A stretch of DNA of 64,000 nt from Neolecta irregularis DAH-3 (Eukaryota). This document shows positions 39,398 to 49,535 of this stretch, in pieces. The stretch's first letter is position 1; the number at the start of each line of letters is the position of its first letter. Below the pieces are notes generated by a model. The model had not been told where the DNA came from and did not search any database. It saw nothing but the letters and a program-made list of their open reading frames with translations. Position numbers and translations under genes: made by a program. The stretch covers positions 1 through 64,000 of the forward strand of contig LXFE01000167.1 in assembly GCA_001929475.1 (NCBI GenBank), given 5' to 3'.

Positions 39398-39509
39398 GGG
39401 TTAGACAAAGAGGGTTAGTGTAGGGTTAGGCGAAGAGGGTTAGTGTAGGGTTAGGCAAAGAGGGCTATGTATGGTTAGTATGGGGTTAGACAAAGAGGGC
39501 TAGCGTTAG
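39398..39509 (+). repeat. Degenerate tandem array of ~25-bp units, each with two telomere-like GGGTTAG cores
   Basis: AGGGTTAGTGTAGGGTTAGGC(G/A)AAG occurs twice near-perfectly, with further degenerate copies. It fills most of the WDR59-bZIP intergenic gap. Confidence 0.88.
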
Positions 39510-39516
39510 ATTTGCG

Positions 39517-39522
39517 CACGTG
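39517..39522. promoter_or_regulatory. CACGTG E-box (Cbf1-type bHLH site), about 43 nt upstream of the bZIP ATG
   Basis: Exact palindrome. Function inferred. Confidence 0.5.
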
Positions 39523-39564
39523 GCCTGCCTCGCTTGCAGTTCTCCCCAATACCAAACACTCCCC

Positions 39565-39963
39565 ATGGACATCCACGACTTTATCGGCAGCCTCAACCAG
39601 CTCCCACCCCTCACAGACTCCGCTCTTCCCCCGCTAAACAGCTCGGACATCGACAACCCTTCCCTCGACTTTTGGGCAAATACAGACTTTGCCCTCCCCG
39701 CCCTCGACTCCCCCCCTTTTCTTCCCCCGGAAAAGAAGAAACAGTCCCCCTCCTCAAGAACCCCCGCAGAGGAAGACCGCCGCAAGCGCAACACTGCTGC
39801 CTCCGCCCGCTTCAGAGTGAAAAAGAAACAGCGAGAGGCCCATCTAGAGTCCGCCGCAAAGGAAATGACTGACCGCATCGCCCTCCTCGAGTCCCGCGTC
39901 AAAGAGCTCGAGCTCGAAAACAAGTGGCTCAAAGATCTCTTGATCCAAAAAGATCAGAAATAG
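39565..39963 (+). CDS. Small bZIP transcription factor, MetR/Cys-3/Zip1 sulfur-regulator type (132 aa, no intron)
   Basis: EEDRRKRNTAASARFRVKKKQREAHLE...LESRVKELELENKWLKDLL, plus an N-terminal LDFWANTDF motif. Confidence 0.88.
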   Translation: MDIHDFIGSLNQLPPLTDSALPPLNSSDIDNPSLDFWANTDFALPALDSPPFLPPEKKKQSPSSRTPAEEDRRKRNTAASARFRVKKKQREAHLESAAKEMTDRIALLESRVKELELENKWLKDLLIQKDQK

Positions 39964-39995
39964 TCTTTTGTTTGTATATTTATGTGTAATTATAG

Positions 39996-41762
39996 TCAGT
40001 GTCTTCCCCAAAGCGACCCAAACAGCCCTCTTTCCCTCTCCGTGTCCCCTTTATCTCCCTCATACTGGATAAAATTCAACGCAATGTCCAAAAATATAGG
40101 CTTCATCGGAATAGGCTCAATCTTGGGTTCAAGCAAAACAAGTCGACTCTCGTTGATATCCTTGGGATACACCCCGAGGCGATCGTAAAGCGGTGCCTGC
40201 TCGTTACTTTGCCTTGTCCAATGGTGCCTCACCTCAACTTCCCCTCCAGAACTCTCCTCCAACACAAGCAAAGCTCGCATTCGTGCTGCTTCTCCACAAA
40301 TCTTTGTTTCTGCCCCTTCCATATCGGTATTGTGCTTCAATATCGGATCCGTGCTTCCCATAAAAGCTGAATACCTCTCTTTTGCTTGACAAAGATATTG
40401 TTTCGCCCTCTCAAAAAGGGCTAGCGCTTCACGTCGTGTCGCAGGTGCATCATACGATCGCGCAATGGCAGCACATCTTTTCTCAGCCCCGCCAAAAAAG
40501 CACATACCGTAAATGCTTGTAAAACATCGTTTTTCCTTCAAGCACTCCCGCTAACGAAAAATCACCAGCTACACCAGGGAGTAAATCACACTGTTCAATA
40601 CTCGAGATGATCGTTTCATATAACTTGACAACCTTCCTCTGCGTCCTCTGCGTCCTCCGAGTCGGGGATGTTAACAAATCCTCCACTAGAAGCAAATCTC
40701 GTTCAATTCGCTTCGAAATCCCATAATAGCTTGTATATGTAAGCGCAATTTGTAGTCGCTGTATCTTTTCTTCGTTTTGAAGAGATCTCTAGACTCTTAG
40801 CGGATTCATGTTTATACGCACCTCTTCCTCTTCAACTGCCCGTTGCACAGCATCTTGGGCTTCCGACAATGCTAAAAGCAGCCCGTCAAACGCTTGCGCT
40901 CTCGCCTTGGGACCCAAAGGTTCCATACATTCCACCTCGTATTGCGCCTTTTGCACTCTTGCAAGCGTCATTCCCACATCAGCATTATCCACTTGAACAG
41001 TCTTTCCCCTCCACGTAATCTCTGACACACTCGCAATCATCTCGCTCTCATCTAGAGGCTCAAGCACCCGTGGATCAAGCCTATCAATTCGACAAACAAC
41101 ATCTTTATCCTCGATTCCAAAATGCTCGGCTATTCCACTAATATCCCGCGAAGGAAGACCAAGTACATACGCACAATACCGAATATTGGGTTCCAACATT
41201 GATATCATACTCTTTACATTCTCACAAGACTCCAATTTATCGAGCGCAACTAGAATATTCCGACAATTACTAAACTCGCGCAACGAATCTTCTAGAGATC
41301 CCTTGACCGATTTATGCTGTGCGGAAAAATCGAGTAGGTAAGCCGATACTTGAATCACCGAAATATCATCTGAAAAACATTGTTCAACTAGTTCTTTTAA
41401 ATGTTTTGCGTGATATACTGCTTTTTGTAATTTTCGCACTACTCGCGATGGACGTTCCACAACGGGTTTTAAATCCATTGCGTAAGCCCAGCACCTCTCT
41501 GCGTCCAACAAGACAATCTCCAAGAACCTAGATCGCTTGGTGGAATGTTTAATGAGCGAGTATACCGTTTATCTTGGATAACTTTGTCAGCTGTAATTAA
41601 AAGTCTTTTTGCATCACGGCTTTTGACTTGAAGTGATTTCCTCAATGCTGCCCCTTTTCGGCCGCAGTAATGTCTGTATTTACGATAATCTTGTAATTGT
41701 AATCCATATGAATTCCTCGCTTCCGAGGTCAAGGACAGAACGTGAAAAAATGGCGGGGGCAT
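39996..41762 (-). CDS. SRP68: Signal recognition particle subunit SRP68 (4 introns)
   Basis: ARNSYGLQLQDYRKYRHYC, LLDAERCWAYAMDLK, LEPNIRYCAY, PKIEPIPMKPIFLDIALNFI, GLFGSLWGR. Confidence 0.93.
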
Positions 41763-41808
41763 GGAGGAAGGTTTCTACGATACGGTTTTCCGTTTCCTCT
41801 CCACTCTT

Positions 41809-43385
41809 ATGGATTTATTCTTCGTGTTTTTACAACTCTTGCATGGATTGGCATTTAGTTTTATCAATTGGAAAATCCCAACTGCGTACATGGTAACCAT
41901 TCAAATTGTAATTTTCTAATCCAGGACGAAATATTTCATGTCCCTCAAGCACAGAGATTCTGCCTCGCGGATTATTCATACGATAGAAAACTCACAACCC
42001 CACCGGGACTGTAAACTCCCCCTAAATATTTCAAGTTTAATATAATAGTTATCTTATTTCTCTCATTCTTGCCCGTATTTCAAATTCGTTATTTATACCG
42101 TTCGATCTCTGTGGAATCATTTGGCTACGTTTATTAAATTATATCATCGCATTCATAGCCTTTCCAATTCTTTTGAAAAAGATATATCGACAAATTCATC
42201 CCGATCAACCAAATCCAGTGATCAAACGATCAGCATACCTTGCGCTCTTCCCTCTAAACGCATTTTTTGGGTTCCTTTATTATACAGATGTTGGATCGAC
42301 TTTTTTGGTTATTTGGGCTTATTACCTCGGACTTAAAAAGAGGTATTGGCGGAGTATTTGTGTTTTTTCCTTTCTACGGGTAGAATTGATTTACCAGGTT
42401 GGGTTTATTAGTCTCTTGTTTCGACAGACGAATATAGCGTGGATTGCATTTATTGCCTTTATTCAGATTCTTCAGCGTGTATATAAAGAGACTTTATTTG
42501 CACGACATCCTCATCCAGGTATCCTTTTTTTTTAGGAAAAACAAAGGTTGACTAAACAGGACAGTGGATATCATCCTGGTTTCATCTCATTGTTGATATT
42601 CTGCGAAATTTAAATCAGTTAGTGGGGATCATCGCCCCGAACGCGGTCCTCGTGTCGGGGTTTGCATATTTCGTCTATATGAACAAGGGAATTGTGTTGG
42701 GTATACTTGTTCTCTTGAATTTTATCATACAAACCTCAAAGGCGACAAGGAAAATCATATTCCAGGCATCCATTTTCCTCAACTATTCTACCTATCGACA
42801 TATGTCGCAGCGCTTTCAGTACCAATATTACTCACCATCAATCTTGTCCCTCGATTCATAACTCGGAATTTTGGAGGTGTCGGTCGTGTTTTGACTACTT
42901 TTGGGTTCCTACTGGTAATGCTAATCGTAGTACATTTCAATACGTAAACACCTATGTGTTTCGAGTGTTAATTGTATAGTCGCGAACATCCTTTTCTTCT
43001 CGCGGATAATCGTCATTACGTTTTTTATCTATGGGCAAGAACAATTCGTCGGCACCCGCTTATACGTTATCTCGCCGTTCCATTGTATTACGCTTGCATA
43101 TGGACTGTTCTCAGGCCTCTGGCACAATCTAGTTCACTGTTCTTTATGACGGCCTTCATAGGAGCGTGTTCGTTGGTGCTGATACCCAGTCCCTTGTTAG
43201 AATTCCGATACTTTACGATCCCATATTATATTTGGAGACTCCATATTACCCCGCCTGAAAGATGGAGAATCCATTTAGAGGTTTCCTTTCATGTTTTGAT
43301 TAATTTGGCCACGGTATTGCTTTTCATCTATCGGCCTTTTGAATGGGCCCATGAACCTGGAATTCTACAAAGATTCATGTGGTGA
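41809..43385 (+). CDS. ALG10: Alpha-1,2-glucosyltransferase Alg10/Die2 (about 7 introns)
   Basis: [81 protein letters not shown]. Confidence 0.95.
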
Positions 43386-43431
43386 TGCGTTTTAAAATGA
43401 TGACCCAGGCAAATTCCCAGGGTGCTAATAA

Positions 43432-44117
43432 TTATTCTTCTTCCTTGAGCTGGTCTTCAGGAACCCAGTGTCCACAGCCTTTTGCTTTCATCAGATCAAA
43501 GGCTTTTTTCGCATACGCTAGCTTGTCTCGCCTCTCAGAATCGCCAGTGCTGGGTTGTAAAGCGATGTGAAGAGCAATAGCGCCAGCGTAATAATGCAAT
43601 TCTGGGTTTTCACTATATGGCAAGACTAGTAGTTGGCTGTGGTATCAGGCAAAATAATAAACAGAGCTCATACTCAAAGAGTTCCTCGAAAGCCTCTTTG
43701 AATTCTCCATGACTTATCCTCTGCCGAATTAATATAGGGAAAAAATGTTCCGCCTGGTGTTTAGGACTTGCTTGGAGGGCGAAGAGTTACCGTCATATTT
43801 TTCTGTTTTGCTTGAGATAGTGTAGGATATGCCGCGATTAGTCGTTGTATAAACTCTACGACCTTTTCCGGGGCGATGTTGCGCAGGATTTCCAGACCAA
43901 CGTCCCATACTCTTTTAATATCTGCATCTTTGCATCTCAATAACAATGCATAAGCGTGAAAAGCGGTTTCGTAGTTTCTTTTTAGCATCGATATGTGCAA
44001 AATGGAAGTCAAGACGGTAACATGGCGGGCTCTCAGATTCCTCTGAGGAGCTGAAGGAGTTCTAAGAACAGCGGCAGCTTTTCTATCTCCCCTAAAGAGT
44101 ACCGCAGCCGTGAACAT
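43432..44117 (-). CDS. RRN11: RNA polymerase I core factor subunit Rrn11-like
   Basis: HVTVLTSILHISMLKRNYETAFHAYALLLRCKDADIKRVWDVGLEIL and LPYSENPELHYYAG. Confidence 0.72.
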
Positions 44118-44192
44118 AAATCTAGATTTGAAAGGAAAGTGAGACGATTGTTAGTCCACTCCACCAAAACCATCCACTTCCCCAGTACCGCC

Positions 44193-45357
44193 ATGGATGC
44201 CTTCAAAAAGCTCAATCTAGACAGCGTCCAAACCCAGTTTTCGGGATTTGCTCCGTTTGCACAGCGCGCAAGGCAGTATGTCGGCGAAAAGATTGGTACT
44301 GCCGATGATGTGGTACTACTCTACAAATAGCAGAACCAACCAAAGAACGCGTACTGACTTATTCTAGACAGAGCTTCCAAAGGAATATCTCGATCTGGAA
44401 AAACGCGTAGATAACCTGCGACTTACCCATCAAAAGCTTTTGGCCATCACGTATGTTATTATCACTTCCGGCCTTTGATGGAATTATAAGAATAAAATGC
44501 TGACTTATAAGCTCCCAATACCAAAATGAAGGCTACGATTATCCTCCGAATCTCGTACGCACATCGTGCGCTTGGATTCTGACAATTTTAGCGAGAGTCA
44601 TTTGTTGATCTTGGCAAAACTATCAGCGGAAAGGTTCAAAGCTTGGCCGCAGCTCAAAGTGCCCAGGAGGCTCAGGAGGCTCTCGTTCGATCAACACCTA
44701 AAGGCCCACCAAAGACTCTAAACCATGCCCTTGCCCGTGCATCCCTAGCTGCTTCCGAGTCTATTGGCGGACAGGATTCGTTTTCTACAGCGCTTCAGAA
44801 ATATGCTGTCGCGCAACAGAAAGGCTAGACTTGATATGGCCACTATATACTGACAAACAGTCGGCGATGCTCGATTAGCTCAAGATTTGTTGATCACATC
44901 GCGATTCAATTCAGCTATCGCAGCTAGCTTGAACACCAACCTGCAATTTGCCCAGCGAGCGCGACGATCTGTTCAGAATGCGCGATTGACTCTTGATTCT
45001 GCCAAGAGTGTTGCCAAATCAGCTCGACCAGATAGAAAGAATGATGCTCGAATGGACGTCGAAAAAGCCGAAGACGACTTCGTTGCTGCTGTGGAAGAAG
45101 CCATGCAGGTTTTCCACGCTGCTCTTGATTCTCCCGAGCCGGTATGAACTCTCATCTCATTCTTTGCTGATCGCCAGCTACGAAATCTGGCTGACCTGGC
45201 CAAGGCCCAGTTGCAATTCCATAAAGAAACTACGAACGTATGTGATCATACTGTTATCTCATTAAAACAATAGATTCTTTCTGAAGTTGTTCCAGAAATC
45301 GAGGAGTTGCAAAACATCCAAGAAACTCACTTTCGAAACACCAGAAATGATCCTTAG
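44193..45357 (+). CDS. GVP36: BAR-domain protein Gvp36-like (6 introns, one GC-AG)
   Basis: TELPKEYLDLEKRVDNLR, YQNEGYDYPPNLRESF, PKTLNHALARAS, VQNARLTLD, EKAEDDFVAAVEEA. Confidence 0.88.
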
Positions 45358-45536
45358 GTCATGTGGATAAGCCGGGATTGGAAATACCTGCGATCTTTTT
45401 GTTGCCGTATAGTCGTCGATATGCTGGGATATGTTTTTCATCAGAATTTGATTCATCAGAATTGATATTTATGTTTCTACTTGATCCAACAACACCAACA
45501 AAGAATATAGCAGATATCCCAAATCCATGCGTAGGC

Positions 45537-47736
45537 TTATCGGCGATCAGTTTTGCCATTATTCCGTTTTCCACTAAAGAGATGTTTGGGTCGAACATTC
45601 GGAACGTGGCGATCAGCTTCACCGGCTCTAGCCATTCGATTGGCTTTCTTCTGTTGCATCCTGGATATCTTTTCCGCAATGCCTTTAGCTGTGAGGTCCT
45701 TGATGCCTGCTTCCCGCCGATTAGAACTGGGTTCCCGAACACGAGATCTCGAGGACATCCGTGACGCATCCCGCATAACAACTTCGGCGCCAGAAGGAGG
45801 CGCTGCATATCTTGAGCGAGATCGAGTGCGTTCCTCGATAGACCGTGAGCTGAGACCGATTTTTGAAAGATGACTCTTGAGATCTGACATTTTCTTGTGG
45901 ACGGCTTTTCGCGGAATAATCGCCCGATTTTTCAATGCTGATTTTTTATTCTGGGCGGCTCTTTGGATCATCGCATTCTTGTTTCGAATCATGTTTGCCT
46001 TGGCATGGAGAGCAGTCTGCTCTTCGTCGGACTTGAGGTTGTCAATGATTGGAGGTTGCTAGGATATAATACCATGTCCTGATCAGAATCGTAAAACCCT
46101 TTGCTCTCGAGTGCTTCTTCTTCTTCCTCAAGAGCAATAAGTCTTGCTTCAATATCAGGATCGATGAAATCTGCAACATTCTTTCCATCGAGAAGTTCAG
46201 GAATAGGATCATGCTTCCACTCGGGATATTCAAGAAGGTATTGCTCTAAAGAATGTTGGTTTTTTTATATTAGATATTAGGATCATACGTTTGAGATCAA
46301 CGTTATATACACCGGCACCACCGTTTGCTTCCTCGATTTCCCTAGCAAGAGGTTTTCTGAGTGAATTATCCTGACCCTTAGCAGTCCGTTTTTGTAAAAC
46401 GGCATCAGGGATGCAGGGAAGCCTTGGTTCATTGTCTCGAGCAACTGGTCTGGCGAGATGAATTTTATTGAGAACTCTGTTTATTTTGCTGCCTTTGAGT
46501 TTGGCTTCGACTCTGGACGCGAGAAGTTTATCACATGCCTGTATTGTGAGACTCTATATAGTCAACTTTAGATACCTTTGTGCGAACATCCATAACGCCT
46601 TCATCGGTGAAGCAACTGGTCTGCATAACTTCGACATCACCCATAGACAGGATTGAATCGAGAAGTTCTTTGCTTTGTGGGTCGAGATGTTCGATTCTCA
46701 TGACATCACACTTATTGATTACGAGGACAGTGACTTTGTTGGCAAACAGAGGTTTAATGCTTTGAAAGAGGTTGATCTGGGCTTCAATAGAGTATCCGCA
46801 CTGCTCGCTGAGGTCCATAAAGTATAGGATACAAGCGCGAAGATGTGCCAGAGCAGTGATACTCTGCATTTCGATTGTATTCATCTCTTCGAGAGGGTGG
46901 TCAAGAATACCTGGGGTATCGACAACCTGCCATCTGAGATATTTGTAATCCATATGGCCGACAAAAAGAGACTTTGTAGTAAAAGCATAGGGCTGAACAT
47001 CAACTTCGGCGCGAGTGATTTTGTTGATGAAAGAAGACTTTCCGACATTCGGATACCCACAGAGGATGAGGGTACGAGTGTTGGGATCGATGGAGGGAAG
47101 ACGAGATAGATGCTGGCGGACTTGTTCGAGATAAGCGAGAGGATCTTTCTGGCGCCTGATAATCGTAGCCATTCTACATATTGGTCATGGCAATGAAGGA
47201 GCAAGAGATACCTGCCAAGAGCTGCCCTTTTAAGCTGCTTACATCGGTACAGGGAATCGCCAAATTTCATTAAACGAACATAGTCTCTGGAGACTTGTTC
47301 AATGAGGTGCCTTGCGGTTGAAATTTGAGAGAGTGCGATTTTAAGGTGGTCTCTATCATAGAGAATGTTTATGAGATCTAAGATAAGAAGACACAGCGTA
47401 GGAGTAATATACCGGCATGGAAGGGGTGGCAATCGTTGAGCTTTGGAAACTGGTCGAGAATGGCGGACAGTTTTGCGGAAAAGGTATCTTGGGTGAATTT
47501 TACTTTGCGGGCATAGAAGGAGCGGATTCGCGAGATCTATAATGGGATAAGCTGGATCTCGGAGCAAAAAAAGGCAGCGACCTTGAAGTTCTTGTGGATG
47601 ATGGTGGGGGTCTGTGAGATCAGCATCGCTGTGGGGGAAGGCGGACCTTTCGCTGGGTACGGGAAAGCGCAATGTCGATAAAGGCTGTGGCAGGCGGGAC
47701 GGGCTGGATTGCAGAGAAAGTCTTTGGGGCAGCCAT
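45537..47736 (-). CDS. NOG1: Nucleolar GTP-binding protein Nog1 (60S biogenesis)
   Basis: [74 protein letters not shown]...TDRR*. Confidence 0.97.
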
Positions 47737-47791
47737 GGCGATTGGGGCACGAGCGGGATCCTGGTGGAGTTTTTTTTTCTCGGTGGGCCAG

Positions 47792-47797
47792 CACGTG
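47792..47797. promoter_or_regulatory. CACGTG E-box in the NOG1 / acyl-CoA dehydrogenase divergent promoter
   Basis: Exact palindrome in a 106-nt ATG-to-ATG gap, next to a poly-T tract. Confidence 0.45.
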
Positions 47798-47842
47798 CTA
47801 ATCTCAGTAGAGTTTGATCCGCCCCGCCCTCACCGCCATTGA

Positions 47843-49343
47843 ATGTTGAGTCGCACGCGCACGGCCGTGGCCAGGCCAGCAGCATCTGCAAAGCGCTGGT
47901 TCTCTGTCGCTAGGCGCGCAAGCACCGCCGTGCCCATACTGCAGTTCTCCGACGAAGAAACCGCCCTGCAAGAAACCGGTTTGTCGCATCCAGGCCCCAA
48001 TTAACCCGCCAGTCGCGCAATTCGCCGCCCGAGTCATCCAGCCCCGCGTCCAAGAGATGGACGAAAACGAAGCCATTGACAAGGAGGTCATTGCGGACCT
48101 CTTCCGCCAGGGAGTGTGTGTCTTCGCCGTCCTGCTTGTTGACGCTCGCAGCTCATGGGCATCGAAACACCCACAGCCCTTGGCGGCGCTGGAGCCTCCT
48201 TCACCTCTGCCATAATCGCCATCGAGGAACTGGCACGCGTCGATCCCAGTGTGTCCGTCATGTGCGATGTCCATGTGTGTCCCTGTTCTGCGCTGTTTTC
48301 TCCTCATCTCCTAGAACACACTCGTCAACACATGCTTCCGCAGCTATGCCTCTCAGGCCCTCAAAGAAAAATATCTCCCTCGGTTGTCCACAGAAAGTAT
48401 CGGCTCTTTCTGTCTTTCAGAACCCGCATCTGGCTCAGATGCCTTTGCCATGAAAGCGAGAGCAGAAAAGACCCCGGATGGCTACAAACTCAATGGATCC
48501 AAAATGTGGATCACAAATGCCGCCGATGCAGACATCTTCCTGATTTTCGCCAACCTCGATCCTAGCCAGGGCTACAAAGGAATCACATGTTTTGTCGCAG
48601 AAAAGGATTGGGGCATCAAAATCGCAAAAAAGGAAAGGAAGGTTGGTCGTTTTTCATTCTTCAATATTCTCAAGGTTAGCTTGGCATCCGTGCCTCATCA
48701 ACTTGTTCGATCCACTTTGATGATCTCCACGTTCCCAATGAAAACTTGCTCGGGAAGGAAGGTCAAGGCTACAAATATGCTATTGAGCTTTTGAATGAGG
48801 GTCGAATTGGAATTGCTGCCCAAATGACTGGCCTGGCTCTAGGTGCTTATGAGAAAGCCGTCTCATACTGCGTCAATGACAGACAGCAGTTTGGGCAATC
48901 AATCGGGGACTTTCAAGGAATGCAGTTTCAGTTCGCCCAAGCATACACAGAACTCGAAGCTGCTCGGTTACTCACATACAATGCAGCTCGACTGAAGGAG
49001 AACGGATTGCCTTTTGTCATTGCCGCTGCCCAAGCCAAGTATATCATTATCATAGAACGCATTTCTAATTTTCAGACTCTACTCGAGTCAGGTTGCGCAA
49101 AAGGTGAGCGGTCTGAGCATCGAATGGATGGGCGGTGTGGGGTTCACTCGAGAAACTGGGGTCGAGAAATTTTGGAGGTCAGGTCTCATCAATACTATGC
49201 AGACTAACAAGACCAGGGATTCGAAAATTGGTGCAATCTACGAAGGGACTTCTAATCTACAGGATGTCCCATGTTGAGTTTCAACTAACATGGGTAGGTT
49301 GCAGACGATTGCAAAACATATCAAGAAGACCTACACCAGATAA
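47843..49343 (+). CDS. Mitochondrial short/branched-chain acyl-CoA dehydrogenase (7 introns, last one GG-AG)
   Basis: Arg-rich presequence, [70 protein letters not shown]. Confidence 0.93.
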
Positions 49344-49535
49344 ACTGGGATATTCATTCATATAGTACACGTCGCAGGAATATATTTCATGACCACTTGT
49401 GTACTCTTAGCTGCCATAACTGACTCATTTGAGTGATGGGTGTATTTAGAGTCGTTGAGTTTTCGTGACGGCAACCTCCAGGAAATATTGAGAAATATTT
49501 TTCGCCCTTCAAATAATTCCACAGGCCGGGCCTGA

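Noticed and set aside
39398-39509. CRISPR-like or true telomere interpretation of the array
   Set aside because: Eukaryotic context, no unique spacers or cas genes, and intact genes continue on both sides.
38622-39932. 212-aa and 148-aa minus-strand ORFs
   Set aside because: Antisense to WDR59 and the bZIP gene. The extreme local GC content depletes stop codons.
46881-48307. 336-aa and 167-aa minus-strand ORFs
   Set aside because: Chimeric read-through of NOG1 exons and introns, and antisense to the dehydrogenase, in GC-rich DNA.
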